64,000 nucleotides of DNA from Candidatus Zhuqueibacterota bacterium (GCA_049322915.1 JBMOPW010000014.1:954774-1018773), one strand, 5' to 3'; shown: positions 21,676 to 31,871, counted from the first letter of the stretch. Numbers and translations are program-made. Notes: generated by a model from the letters alone, not told the origin.

Positions 21676-22302
21676 ATGGAAATAGTTAATTCACAGATCG
21701 AAGCATACATTCGGGAACTGGTGCCGATCGGGAATCCGGTTTTAAAGGAGATGGAAGCCTATGGTATGGAAAGGAAATTTCCAATTATCGGTCCGCTGTG
21801 CGGACAATTTTTACGACAAATGGCAGCCGTGAGTCAGGCAAATGCGATCTTTGAGATGGGCTCCGGATTTGGGTATTCAGCCGTCTGGTTTGCCATGGGT
21901 ATGGCCCGGCGCGGGAAAATCATCTGCACCGATGGCGATGAAAAAAATAGGGACAGGGCGCTTGCATATTTCGACCGATTGGGCATTCGTGACAGCGTGG
22001 AATTCCATGTCGGGCACGCCCAGGATATTCTCAGGAAATACGATGGACCGTTCGATATCATTTTCAATGATGTCGATAAGGAGCAATACCCGGATACCAT
22101 CGACCTGGCGCTGTCGCGATTGCGTAAAGGCGGATTGTTCATCACGGATAATGCGCTGTGGGACGGTGAAGTGCTAAGAGCGAGCGGCGATAAGTATACG
22201 GAAGGTGTGAAGGAATTCAACCGACTGTTGTTCGCGCGAAACGACTGCGTTACTCTCATTGTACCGTTACGCGACGGACTCGCTGTGAGCGTGAAGCTGT
22301 AG
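21676..22302 (+). CDS. O-methyltransferase (caffeoyl-CoA/COMT-like)
   Basis: Motifs EMGSGFGYS, FDIIFNDVDK, DNALWDG, PLRDG. Confidence 0.9.
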   Translation: MEIVNSQIEAYIRELVPIGNPVLKEMEAYGMERKFPIIGPLCGQFLRQMAAVSQANAIFEMGSGFGYSAVWFAMGMARRGKIICTDGDEKNRDRALAYFDRLGIRDSVEFHVGHAQDILRKYDGPFDIIFNDVDKEQYPDTIDLALSRLRKGGLFITDNALWDGEVLRASGDKYTEGVKEFNRLLFARNDCVTLIVPLRDGLAVSVKL

Positions 22303-22362
22303 ACCAGGCAGTTATATTCAATCAACAGAAAAGCCCGAAGGATTCGCACAGCCAGAAAGGGC

Positions 22363-22400
22363 AAAAAAAAAGAGACTTCATCGATGTGAAGTCTCTTCTT
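22363..22400 (-). terminator. Intrinsic terminator, possibly bidirectional
   Basis: Perfect 11-bp stem AAGAGACTTCA/TGAAGTCTCTT (22370-22397) with an A-run on the left, between convergent genes. Confidence 0.8.
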
Positions 22401-22448
22401 CCATTCGTTGCACAGCACGTTTCATTTACAGATAAAGATTGGGATCAC

Positions 22449-22643
22449 TCAGTTGTGATCAAATGTTTCCAGCGTTCCCTGCAGCACAATCCGATATTCA
22501 CCTGTTTCTCTGTTCAGACTTTCGACAATGGCTCTGCAATCATCAGAGCTCTGAAGCATATTTCCAATCTGTCTCTTCAATGTTGAGGAGGATATATTCG
22601 CGTTACGAATGATTTCCAAATCACGGACATTAAATTTAGTCAT
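22449..22643 (-). CDS. Small hypothetical protein (64 aa), paralog of 22776..22976
   Basis: SD GGAGGTG; aligns end to end with its neighbour. Confidence 0.8.
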   Translation of the reverse strand: MTKFNVRDLEIIRNANISSSTLKRQIGNMLQSSDDCRAIVESLNRETGEYRIVLQGTLETFDHN

Positions 22644-22775
22644 AAATCACACCTCCATCAAAGATTAATCTTACCCTGTCATTTTGTTTAACATAAAATC
22701 ATGAAGATAATTTGACGAGTCAATGGAACAAGAGAAAATTGATGATTGATTTTATATGAAGTTAAAAGTCATTTC

Positions 22776-22976
22776 CTACTGTAACATGGGCTCATTCTGT
22801 TTCAGAGTTCCTCGAAGTATGATGCGATAATTTCCGGTACTTTTATCAATTCGACTCACATCGGCACGCCAGTCTTTTGATGAACGCAAAATATTTCCGA
22901 TTTTTTCGCGCAGTGCGTTGGATGAGGGCGGAATCAACTCGATCAAATCAAAATCTCTGGTGTAAAATTTTTCCAT
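22776..22976 (-). CDS. Small hypothetical protein (66 aa), paralog of 22449..22643
   Basis: Very strong SD AAAGGAGGTGA; aligns end to end with its neighbour. Confidence 0.8.
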   Translation of the reverse strand: MEKFYTRDFDLIELIPPSSNALREKIGNILRSSKDWRADVSRIDKSTGNYRIILRGTLKQNEPMLQ

Positions 22977-23525
22977 CGAAACCTTTCACCTCCTTTCATA
23001 TTTTTATTGTATGCCATAAAAGTTTAAACTTTCTTACCCCTGCCCGGAGACTTGAGTTCGGGGTAAGCACTACGAATATACTACTATTATGGGTTAAAAG
23101 TCAACTGTTGTGACAGTAAATTAATTTAAGAAATATTAACAACGTAGGCTGAGTTTTACCTCTTAAAAAATATATCGTAATGAGCTGAGAAAAGTTTAAT
23201 TTTTTTTGATGAATTTATTGTCATGTAATTCTCCTGTTGTCTCCCTTCTGCTCATTCAGTCATTCGGGACTCCTTTCAATACTACCTTGACCCACGAAGA
23301 TGAAGGATGTCGCAGCGCTTTCAAATGACGCATCACCAGAACAGTGCAGAGATAGGAAATCGGGCGATACTTGCAACATAACAATTGCAGCCCGGGGGAG
23401 TTGTGTTGTCAATGTAGTGGGCCGGCAAAACTACGTCATCAGAAAGCAACCAGAAAATGAATGAAAACGAACAGAATCTCTGTCGGCCTGCGGGGAAATG
23501 ACTTCACTGCGCCTGAGATTCAAAC

Positions 23526-24140
23526 TCAGACTTTCACCATTTTATCGAATGGCAGCCGATGAATCAGAAAATTGACATGGATGTCTTTGGCAAGATAGTG
23601 ATCGACCTTATGAAGCATGCCCATAAATAGCAGCCCGGTTTCAGATTGCTGAAGCGTCGCATCGATTCGATTGGCAATGAATCGATCCCGTTGCTGCAGT
23701 AATGTTGCACTATGCTGTTTGTATTCCTCCGACCTTTTTCTCTTAATGAACGGATTTTCAGCGGTCATTATTTTTTGAATGAAATGGTATTCCTTGAGTA
23801 GCAACTCTTTATCCTCAGTTCCCTCAAGCATGGCCCCGTTTTGAATGAGCGACCGGAGAAGGAGATGGTTCTTGCTGCCGCTGTTGGCTAATTCAGTCAC
23901 AATCTCCAATTCCCGACCGCAGACCGGCAATCCATCCTGGTACAGACGCGTGCTGGTCCAGATGACATTCAATTCCTGGACAGTGCGCGTGAGCCCTTCC
24001 CACATGTGGTCGATGGAAGTCACGTGGGCGTTGTAATGGGACTCCGAAAATTGGTGCGTATACGCCTGCCTGAACGAACTGGCCATTGAACCCAGGTCCG
24101 CTTCTGTATGAATGATGGGAACATAGATCAGGTCACGCAT
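23526..24140 (-). CDS. Hypothetical protein, last gene of the gas vesicle operon
   Basis: The ATG at 24140 overlaps the upstream gene's end. Conserved-looking motifs LIYVPIIH, LYQDGLP, LEGTED, RDRFIA, LFMGMLH. Confidence 0.8.
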   Translation of the reverse strand: MRDLIYVPIIHTEADLGSMASSFRQAYTHQFSESHYNAHVTSIDHMWEGLTRTVQELNVIWTSTRLYQDGLPVCGRELEIVTELANSGSKNHLLLRSLIQNGAMLEGTEDKELLLKEYHFIQKIMTAENPFIKRKRSEEYKQHSATLLQQRDRFIANRIDATLQQSETGLLFMGMLHKVDHYLAKDIHVNFLIHRLPFDKMVKV

Positions 24141-24522
24141 GGGCCATGACCTTTTCTTCAACAGCTTCCCGGCAGATGGATTCGATAAGGTTCAATTGTA
24201 TCGGCTTGGTGATGTAATCATAGGCGCCAAGTTGCATGGCCTGCCGCGCTGTGGTGATGTCGCCGTAGCCGGTCAGAATAATCACCACCGTTCTGCCCCA
24301 GCCTTCCAGTCGCGTCAGCCGTCTCAGCGTTTCGATGCCGTCCATTTCCGGCATGTTGATATCTAAAAAAATGATATCGGGTTTTTCAATGCCAAACATG
24401 GTAATCGCCTCGAAACCGTTCTGCGCATACGTCACGTGATAGCCCGATGTCTCCAATGTCCGGCGCAGAAGCAGAAAAATTTCTTCATTGTCGTCGACAA
24501 TCAATACGTTAATTTTATCCAT
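24133..24522 (-). CDS. Stand-alone CheY-like response regulator receiver
   Basis: Motifs LIVDD, FLDINMPEMDG, ILTG, DYITKP. Confidence 0.93.
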   Translation of the reverse strand: MDKINVLIVDDNEEIFLLLRRTLETSGYHVTYAQNGFEAITMFGIEKPDIIFLDINMPEMDGIETLRRLTRLEGWGRTVVIILTGYGDITTARQAMQLGAYDYITKPIQLNLIESICREAVEEKVMAHA

Positions 24523-25003
24523 GACGATTTCCTTTCAATGGATGAAGGCATGCTTCCACAATCCCGTTTTTTAATGTGGCCGAAATGTTAGACGGATCAA
24601 TCAAAAATGGGAGCACAATTTCTGTGGCGTATTTTCGCTTGATGCCGTCCATGCCTCCAATTGCTTCGAAGATGAGGATATCCCCTTCAACGGACAGATG
24701 AATATCTTGTTCGCTGACGAGACCGGGACAATCCACAATCAGAATGACCGATTCCGCTTCGGTGAAAATTTCCGTGTTCGGCGACTGGTATCGGTCGATG
24801 AGCATGCTTTTATGGAGCCGCGAAAATTTTGGCTCATTGATGAAGACCCAGGTTTTGGGCGTATGGCATGTCTCTTCTTCCCGGCGGGTCCGCTGTTGAA
24901 CTGCTGCAAGCGAGCTGATTTTCCGAATGTCAAAGGTCACAGCTCGCGCAGGGCGACGCGTCGATGTCTTGATATCCCTAAGCCCTTTTAGCCGCATCTT
25001 CAA
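24515..25003 (-). CDS. Hsp20/alpha-crystallin domain protein with a basic N-terminal extension
   Basis: C-terminal domain EIFTE...IVDCPG...[11 protein letters not shown]. The start is TTG 25003 or ATG 24997. Confidence 0.75.
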   Translation of the reverse strand: MKMRLKGLRDIKTSTRRPARAVTFDIRKISSLAAVQQRTRREEETCHTPKTWVFINEPKFSRLHKSMLIDRYQSPNTEIFTEAESVILIVDCPGLVSEQDIHLSVEGDILIFEAIGGMDGIKRKYATEIVLPFLIDPSNISATLKNGIVEACLHPLKGNRHG

Positions 25004-27113
25004 TCGCTTGAGTTAAATGCGCTTTCGTTATTTTTAACTTCGCGTAATCGAATGGACCCTCCCGGTGAGACTCGACAATGTCGCGGATCGCCGCCATGGA
25101 TGCAGAACGGCAGACGGATTCAATTTCTGCTCCGGACATGCCTTCCGTATCCTGCGCCAGGATTTTAATATCCACATTGCGCGCGAGGGGTTTGTTCTTC
25201 AAATGGACTTGAAAAATGGCCTGCCGTGTGTCTAAATCCGGCAGGGGAAGCTCGATCAAATAATCGAATCGTCCGGGACGAAGCACAGCCGGATCGATGA
25301 TATCCAGCCGGTTTGTCGCTGCAATGATGACGACATTTTTCAAGCCCTCGATGCCGTCGAGTTCAGTCAGCAATTGGCTGATGACCCGCTCGGTCACATG
25401 CGAATCGCCGGTACCACTGCCGCGCACCGGGGCGATGGCATCCATTTCGTCGAAGAACAGAATACACGGCGACGCCTGTCTTGCTTTTTTAAACAGCTCG
25501 CGCACGCCTTTTTCGCTCTCGCCAACCCATTTCGACAATAATTCCGGCCCCTTGATGGAGATGAAATTCACCTCACTCTCCGTGGCGACGGCCCTGGCTA
25601 GCAGCGTCTTGCCGGTGCCGGGGGAACCGTACAGCAGGATACCTTTCGGTGGAATGGTGTTCGAGACTTCAAATAACTCAGCGTATTTCAGCGGCCATTC
25701 GATGGCTTCAATGAGCCTGCGTTTCACTTGCTCCAGTCCGCCAACCTGATCCCATTTGACATTGGGCACTTCGATGGAAACCTCGCGGGTGGCTGATGGC
25801 TCCACTTCCTTCAGCGCTTCACGGAAATGCGACATAGTCACTTCCAATTCCAGGAGCGTCTCGATTGGGATAGAATCCATGTCAAATTCAATTTTTGGGA
25901 ATATGGTGCGAAGCGCGATCATTGCTGATTCGCGACAGAGCGCTGCCAGATCGGCGCCCACAAAACCATGCGTGATTTCTGCCAGGCGGTTGAGGTCCAC
26001 GTCTTCGGCTAACGGCATACCGCGCGTGTGAATTTGCAGAATTTGTTCGCGACCTTTCTTATCCGGGACGCCAATCGTGATTTCCCGATCGAACCGTCCC
26101 GGGCGTCGCAACGCCGGATCAATGGCGTTGGGGATATTGGTCGCGCCGATGACAATCACCTGGCCGCGTCCGGCAAGCCCATCCATCAACGCCAGCAGTT
26201 GGGCGACAACCCGTTTTTCCACATCGCCAACAGCGGATTCGCGCTTCGGTGAAATTGCGTCGATCTCATCCAGGAAAATAATGCTCGGCGCCTGCTTGCT
26301 GGCCTGCTCAAAAATGCCGCGTAGTTTAGCCTCGCTTTCCCCATAGAATTTGTGAATCACCTCCGGGCCGTTGATGGCAAAAAAGGAGGCATCGGTTTCA
26401 TTGGCCACGGCGCGGGCGATCAACGTCTTTCCCGTTCCCGGCGGCCCCAAAAGTAACACCCCTTTGGGCGGTTCAATGCCGAGTCGCTGAAAAATTTGCG
26501 GGTATTTGAGCGGCAGCTCAATCATCTCGCGAATGCGCTGTATCTCCTTGTGCAGACCACCAATATCTTCGTAGGAAATTTTATGCGATGGTTTTTTTTC
26601 ACCCTCCCGGGATTTTATCTGAATCGCTGTGGTTGGCTGTACAATCACGACGCCGTCAGGATGGGTCTCCAGCACAGTGAAATCCTGTGACCGGGAGCCG
26701 ATCAAATTCGCCCGGATGCGGTCGTTTTTCATCAGCGGCAGGCCTTCGATCAAACGACCGATATAGCGGCTCTCGCGCGAGCTGTCGGTGATCAGCGTGA
26801 GCGGATCCAAAATTAATTTCTCGGCGTTTTGCGATGCAACTTTTTTAATTTTCACGCGCTCATCAATGCCCACTTTGGCATTCTCCCGGATCAGGCCATC
26901 GATTTGCACGAGCTGCTTGCCCCGGTTTTCAGGATAGGTCGGCATGAGTTTCGCGACAGTGGTCTGTTTGCCAACGACTTCCACAATATCGCCGACGCCG
27001 GCGCCAATGGTCTGCATATCTGCCGGATCGATTCGGGCGATGCCGCGGCCCACATCTTTGGAGAATGATTCAGTAACGCGCAAGGTCAACACGGGATGTT
27101 CATTCGATTTCAT
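24978..27113 (-). CDS. Cdc48/p97/VAT-family double-ring AAA+ ATPase
   Basis: N-domain ([10 protein letters not shown]), D1 with [20 protein letters not shown]2 with [25 protein letters not shown] before the ATG at 27113. Confidence 0.95.
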   Translation of the reverse strand: MKSNEHPVLTLRVTESFSKDVGRGIARIDPADMQTIGAGVGDIVEVVGKQTTVAKLMPTYPENRGKQLVQIDGLIRENAKVGIDERVKIKKVASQNAEKLILDPLTLITDSSRESRYIGRLIEGLPLMKNDRIRANLIGSRSQDFTVLETHPDGVVIVQPTTAIQIKSREGEKKPSHKISYEDIGGLHKEIQRIREMIELPLKYPQIFQRLGIEPPKGVLLLGPPGTGKTLIARAVANETDASFFAINGPEVIHKFYGESEAKLRGIFEQASKQAPSIIFLDEIDAISPKRESAVGDVEKRVVAQLLALMDGLAGRGQVIVIGATNIPNAIDPALRRPGRFDREITIGVPDKKGREQILQIHTRGMPLAEDVDLNRLAEITHGFVGADLAALCRESAMIALRTIFPKIEFDMDSIPIETLLELEVTMSHFREALKEVEPSATREVSIEVPNVKWDQVGGLEQVKRRLIEAIEWPLKYAELFEVSNTIPPKGILLYGSPGTGKTLLARAVATESEVNFISIKGPELLSKWVGESEKGVRELFKKARQASPCILFFDEMDAIAPVRGSGTGDSHVTERVISQLLTELDGIEGLKNVVIIAATNRLDIIDPAVLRPGRFDYLIELPLPDLDTRQAIFQVHLKNKPLARNVDIKILAQDTEGMSGAEIESVCRSASMAAIRDIVESHREGPFDYAKLKITKAHLTQAIEDAAKRA

Positions 27114-27160
27114 AGCTGTAAACTCCTGCAAGCGTGGGAAAAGACATCCATCGGATTATC

Positions 27161-27685
27161 TTATTTGTTGATTTTAATTTCCAGAATGCCATTTTTGAAC
27201 ACATAGGATAGCGACTCCACCTTCACTTTGGCAGGCAGCAAGAGCTCCTTGTGATATTTTCGTTTTGCATGGTTGGCATCAATGGTCAACACATCCTCGT
27301 TCAAATCCAGCTTCACATCCTTTTCCTCGATGCCGGGCATCTCGGCGATCACCTGAATTTCGTGCGCTTCTTCGAAAATGTCCGTCATCGGCTCGCGCAC
27401 TTCATCGACGATGGGGCCGTGGTCGCTTTTTTTAACATTGCCAAATGACTGAACTTCGGGTTTGCCGCCAGTGCCCATTTTAATCGAGAAACCATACACG
27501 CCTTTTAAATCCTTTAACGGACCTTCGCCGTTGAATTCCTGAGTGCGCTCCTTGATGATTTGGCCTTTTTCAGACAATTCACTCACCAGGTCCACCAGAT
27601 TGCCAAGGCCCTTGAACAATCCGCCTAAGCCCAGATCAATATTGATCTGATGCTCGTCATCTTTCTTTTTCTTAGTCTGTTCCAT
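27161..27685 (-). CDS. Hsp20/alpha-crystallin protein (GvpH-like)
   Basis: Motifs GVYGFSIK, FGNV, REPMTDIFEE, IAEMPG, FKNGILEI. Start moved to the ATG at 27685. Confidence 0.88.
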   Translation of the reverse strand: MEQTKKKKDDEHQINIDLGLGGLFKGLGNLVDLVSELSEKGQIIKERTQEFNGEGPLKDLKGVYGFSIKMGTGGKPEVQSFGNVKKSDHGPIVDEVREPMTDIFEEAHEIQVIAEMPGIEEKDVKLDLNEDVLTIDANHAKRKYHKELLLPAKVKVESLSYVFKNGILEIKINK

Positions 27686-27986
27686 TGAAGGTTCCTTTAT
27701 TCTGAGGTTGTTCCAATTGCGTGATTCGCTCTTTGAGCTGTTTATTTTCTTCTTCCAACTGTTTTGCATTCCGGCTCAAATAGGAATCCGTCTCCCACCA
27801 GTTGATGCCCATTTCAATCGCCTTATCCACAGAAGCGATCATCAGCCGGATTTTAATGGTGAGCAATTCAATATCTGCAATCTTGATCTGGATGTCCCCT
27901 GCGATGACAATCCCTTTGTCCAATACCCGTTCCAGAATATCCGCGAGATTCGTGGAATATATTCCGTGGGTGATCTCTTCCGACAT
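27672..27986 (-). CDS. gvpJ: Gas vesicle protein GvpJ (GvpA/J/M family)
   Basis: LADILERVLDKGIVIAGDI...IELLTIKIRL...GINWW followed by a coiled tail. SD AAGGAG. Confidence 0.9.
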   Translation of the reverse strand: MSEEITHGIYSTNLADILERVLDKGIVIAGDIQIKIADIELLTIKIRLMIASVDKAIEMGINWWETDSYLSRNAKQLEEENKQLKERITQLEQPQNKGTFNGTD

Positions 27987-28025
27987 GTTGTTCTCCTTGA
28001 TCATTTATCCGATGCGGACAGCAGC

Positions 28026-28565
28026 CTACATCAGATTTCCCAGCGGCCCAAGTTCAATATTCAGTTCTTCTTGCTGCAGCCCGAAGACCAGTTTTAATTC
28101 TTCTACTTTCTTATCGAGCGCCAAAAAAGTCAGTCCCAATTTCTGAATTTCGACGGACGCCAGCGCACCTGCCTGAATGCGGCGCATGGCTTCGCGTTCC
28201 ATGAGCCGTTTGATCAACACAACCAGCGTCAGCACTAATTTGGCGAGCCCCTGTTCTGCCTCCTGCGGTTTTGGGAATTGCAAGTAGTGCGAAATATTGC
28301 TCTCTGCTTTGGCTATTTCCTGCTCAAGTTTTTGGATGTATTCGCACTCCTCCAGCGTCGGCTCACGGTCGGGATTCATCCCTGAGCGACCATGCGCCGC
28401 ATCCAATTTGGAAATCGATGTAGCAATCAGCCGAATTCCAATATAGATCAGATCAATATCGGCTACGCGTACGGTCAGGTCGCCTGTCACAACAGCGCCT
28501 GTCTCGATCACCCTGTCCAGCGCATCCAACAGCGTCACATGAGTCTGTTCGCTTCTTTGCTGCAT
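28026..28565 (-). CDS. gvpK: GvpJ/M/S-family domain fused to GvpK
   Basis: N-terminal TLLDALDRVIETGAVVTGD...ADIDLIY; C-terminal GLAKLVLTLV...LMEREAMRR...LNIELGPLG. Confidence 0.85.
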   Translation of the reverse strand: MQQRSEQTHVTLLDALDRVIETGAVVTGDLTVRVADIDLIYIGIRLIATSISKLDAAHGRSGMNPDREPTLEECEYIQKLEQEIAKAESNISHYLQFPKPQEAEQGLAKLVLTLVVLIKRLMEREAMRRIQAGALASVEIQKLGLTFLALDKKVEELKLVFGLQQEELNIELGPLGNLM

Positions 28566-28567
28566 GA

Positions 28568-29371
28568 TTAAACCTTCGCAAAATGATAGGGCGGCCAGGG
28601 ACCACTGAATTCAATCTGCAGTCCGTTATCGTTTAAAGATGCCCGGGATTTTTCCACCTCCTGCTTGAAAGCGGACACAGCGTCTTCGGGAATCAGGAAA
28701 ATGGCGTTCAAAATCATCGGTTCCTGTCTGCCGGTCAATTCCTTCTCCAGCAATTTCCCGCGAACGCTCTGACAGGCGTGGTGCGCCAGCGCGTCAAAGA
28801 CGGATGTGGCATAGGCCTCAGTACGTTGCGCCGCAGCAACCAACATCTGCTCATTCAATTCCGATTGAAAAAAATAAGCCATACCTCGTGGCATGGCCTG
28901 GATTTGCTTCTTCTTGAGCAGAAGCACCGGGTTGTTTTCCAGCACTTCCGATTGAATTGGATTCGGGTCCGCGACGTAGAGCTTGGCGCTCCATTCCTGC
29001 CTGTGATGCAATGAAGCCAGGCATTGGGAATATTTCCCGGATTCATGCGTGATGGTCTGTTCCACCGTTTCCTGATTCAGGAAAACAGTGCCAAATCGCA
29101 TGGGAATGACCGGGCAAATGCATCCATCCGCGTTCATGGCGGATTCAATGACAGCTTCGTGCCGTTGCGCCATGCCCTTGATCCAGTTCAGGTCGTCCTG
29201 CGCTTTTTGCTGGATTCGTTCCCGGTCCATTTGCTCCATGGGAACCTGGCTCACGATGGCCTCGAGATTTTGCACCGGCAGTGCGAATGCCCTGTTCTGC
29301 TCAAACAATCCCGGCGCTGAAAAAGCCGCATCTCCTTTTTCGCGGATGCAATACAGATAAAAACCGTTCAT
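28568..29371 (-). CDS. gvpL: GvpL/GvpF family gas vesicle protein
   Basis: Motifs YLYCI, HEAVI, IPMRFGTVF, ILNAIFLI, SGPWPPYHF. Confidence 0.9.
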   Translation of the reverse strand: MNGFYLYCIREKGDAAFSAPGLFEQNRAFALPVQNLEAIVSQVPMEQMDRERIQQKAQDDLNWIKGMAQRHEAVIESAMNADGCICPVIPMRFGTVFLNQETVEQTITHESGKYSQCLASLHHRQEWSAKLYVADPNPIQSEVLENNPVLLLKKKQIQAMPRGMAYFFQSELNEQMLVAAAQRTEAYATSVFDALAHHACQSVRGKLLEKELTGRQEPMILNAIFLIPEDAVSAFKQEVEKSRASLNDNGLQIEFSGPWPPYHFAKV

Positions 29372-29601
29372 GAATGTCGTCCCTGAATTTCGGAGATTCG
29401 CGAGACAATCTGCTCTTCGAGAATGACGTATTGTTCCATGTCGATCTCGTTGGTCTCCAGTTGAATTTGCGCTTCCAGCAGTTTTCGCTGCCAGTAGGTT
29501 ACATTATTCAATTCCTGATCCACAGCCTTGTGAATTTCTTTGAAGATGCCGAATAAGCCCTTGACAGGCAGAGCTAATAAATCGTCTATGAAAATGGCCA
29601 T
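29368..29601 (-). CDS. gvpG: Gas vesicle protein GvpG
   Basis: IDDLLALPVKGL...IHKAVDQEL...EIDMEQY; lies between two gvpF/L genes. Confidence 0.82.
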   Translation of the reverse strand: MAIFIDDLLALPVKGLFGIFKEIHKAVDQELNNVTYWQRKLLEAQIQLETNEIDMEQYVILEEQIVSRISEIQGRHS

Positions 29602-29694
29602 AACAGTCACTCATGCGTTGCGATGATCACCAAAGAATTTCCCAACAGCATGGGCCGCGCTGTTGGGATGAATTCCATGAAGGGATTGCAGGTC

Positions 29695-30465
29695 TCAATT
29701 GAGACCCAATTCCAGAATGTTGATGTCTATTTCCACGAAATTGTACGGTGGTATGGGCCCGACATATTTGATAATGAATCGCTTCAGATTCTCTTCATTG
29801 AGCGCGCCAACCCAGGCATCGAACAATTTCTCCTGGTCGCTGTCGACTAAAAAGGAAGCATTGACCACCATCTTGTCCCCGATGATGTTGCCCAGACGAT
29901 AATCGATGCAGAGTTCGCGCAGCGGGGAGAGGATCCGTTCGCTCTCTCGCTTTCGTTTTTCGATGAGTGCGTTCTCGACCAGCTTGCCGACCTCGATTCG
30001 CTGAAAGTAGGACTTTTCCTGCGGCAGGGTCAAAAGGGAATCACGCAGCTTTTTGATCTGATTGTTTTCATTCAGAATTTCGTTGTAGGCAATGTCACTG
30101 TCCCAGAAGACTTTCAAACCCAATTCTCTTTTTCCGCGCAGCCGGTCAAGATAGTCCTGAAATTCATCGTACCGCTTTTCCAGAATGGCCATGATGTTCT
30201 GTTCATTCCTGGCAATGGTGGCAAATCGAACTGGCAGCGGGTTTAAATTCCTGGACAGCGCTTCTTCAATGACTTTTTGATGCGCAAGATAATTTTTACT
30301 GAGCAAGGGGTAGTTCACAATGGGCGTGTCGCTGATGACAGCGCCGATATGATTGAAATGAATGCTGTGAACCGGCGCCGGAGTCTCTCCAATATTTCGC
30401 GATCCAAATGTTTGACTTTTTTCTTCTTCAATAATGCAATAAATGTATTTCCCGTTTTCAGACAT
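29695..30465 (-). CDS. gvpF: Gas vesicle protein GvpF
   Basis: Motifs GKYIYCII, HQKVIE, LPVRFAT, ELGLK, NASFLV, YVGPIPPYNF. Start moved to the ATG at 30465. Confidence 0.92.
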   Translation of the reverse strand: MSENGKYIYCIIEEEKSQTFGSRNIGETPAPVHSIHFNHIGAVISDTPIVNYPLLSKNYLAHQKVIEEALSRNLNPLPVRFATIARNEQNIMAILEKRYDEFQDYLDRLRGKRELGLKVFWDSDIAYNEILNENNQIKKLRDSLLTLPQEKSYFQRIEVGKLVENALIEKRKRESERILSPLRELCIDYRLGNIIGDKMVVNASFLVDSDQEKLFDAWVGALNEENLKRFIIKYVGPIPPYNFVEIDINILELGLN

Positions 30466-30482
30466 GACAGTCCCCGTATAAT

Positions 30483-31495
30483 TTAAAATTCGGCTGAATG
30501 GATGAGCACCGTTTCCTCGATAGCATGCTTGTCGAATGAGTAGCGATAATTCTGACAATAGGTTTCCAGAACACGTACCGCATCGGTTATCTCCCTGAAT
30601 TGCCGCTCGGCGTGCGTCATATCGGAATTTTTATCAGGATGACACCTGGCGGCCAGGCAGTGATAGGCGGATTTAATTTCGAACATTGTAGCGGATTCGG
30701 ACAGGCCCAGAGTCCGTCGGGCATGATCGATGAGAGCGTGGTCTGTGAGTTCCAGCTTCAAATTGGCAAAACTGACAGGAGGCATGGGGCCAATGTATTT
30801 GAACGTCAATTCAGATTCATATTTTTTGGCCAGATCATTGACTTTCTGGTCGAAGCTGGTTTCCGCTTCTCTCTCAACCAGAAAGGAGCCATTGAAAATC
30901 ATCCCTTCATTAGACAGCGGCCCGCAGACACACTGTTGCTCCCCGTTGCACAGCGCCCGTAGAATATCCTCGACCAGCTCTTTTTCTTTTTTTGCCATTG
31001 TATCAAAAATCATTTTACCAATGTCGATGCGGGCGCACTGCTTGTCCACCTCGGAGAGCGAATTCATCGCATTCACCCTGGCGAGGATGCCCGGATCAGT
31101 CCGGGAGATTGAATTGATCCATTCCAGCTTGTTGGCCGATGCCTGAACAACCGCTCGACCTTGCCACGAATGCGTTGGAACAGCGTTTTGAATTGGATAT
31201 AGGCTTGCCCCAGGATTTTCTGAACAGAAGTTTCGTCATCAGCGACATTGCCGAACTGGAGCGGAATAATCGTATGCAGCCGTGACACATGTTCAATGGC
31301 CAGTTGATGGCCCCGGACAAGCTCAGTCAGAAGCGCTTTATCAAGACGGTCGAAGGTTATCAGGGGATGGTCGCTCACAACAGCGGCAATGTCTTTATAA
31401 CCGATAGTGTAGACGTTATTTTGGGTTCCAATTCCAATAGGTCCAAAACTGCAGGGCTGGTCTGACTCAATAAATCCATAAATGTAATGGCTCAT
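30483..31495 (-). pseudogene. GvpF/L-DnaJ fusion gene split by a 1-nt frameshift near 31152-31153
   Basis: ORF 31073..31513 is the GvpF N-half and 30483..31076 is the C-half plus a J-domain (LGL...IKSAY...HPDKN). One added base joins them as GKVExVVQASANK... Confidence 0.8.
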
Positions 31496-31529
31496 TCCTG
31501 TGCCCATCTTCAATTGTTTTAATCAGAAA

Positions 31530-31838
31530 TCAAACTTTAAATTCACGGGTTTGCCAGCGGTTCTTCACCACTTTGGTTTGCTTTTTCAGGTCGGGTTGAT
31601 TCTCATTTGAATTGAACTCATTTTCAATGGATTTTGCAATTTCCGAGTCGATGGCCCCGATCCGTTCTGCATTTCTGGAATGCCGTTGCGCTAAAACCTG
31701 GTTATCTTTTTGAAGCAGTTGACGTTCGTTATCCAGCATGAAAAGGGATAAGAATTTGGAACGTCGTCTTTTGGATATAGAACGAATATGTATTTTCTGG
31801 CTCGTTCGAATGTCATTAATGCCAGCAAGTCGTGACAT
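31530..31838 (-). CDS. Basic coiled-coil gas vesicle accessory protein (GvpV-like)
   Basis: SD GAGGTG, position after gvpN-gvpO, coiled coil FLSLFMLDNERQLLQ... Confidence 0.65.
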   Translation of the reverse strand: MSRLAGINDIRTSQKIHIRSISKRRRSKFLSLFMLDNERQLLQKDNQVLAQRHSRNAERIGAIDSEIAKSIENEFNSNENQPDLKKQTKVVKNRWQTREFKV

Positions 31839-31871
31839 GGTTCACCTCTTGAATTTTTCACTGCATGAAAT

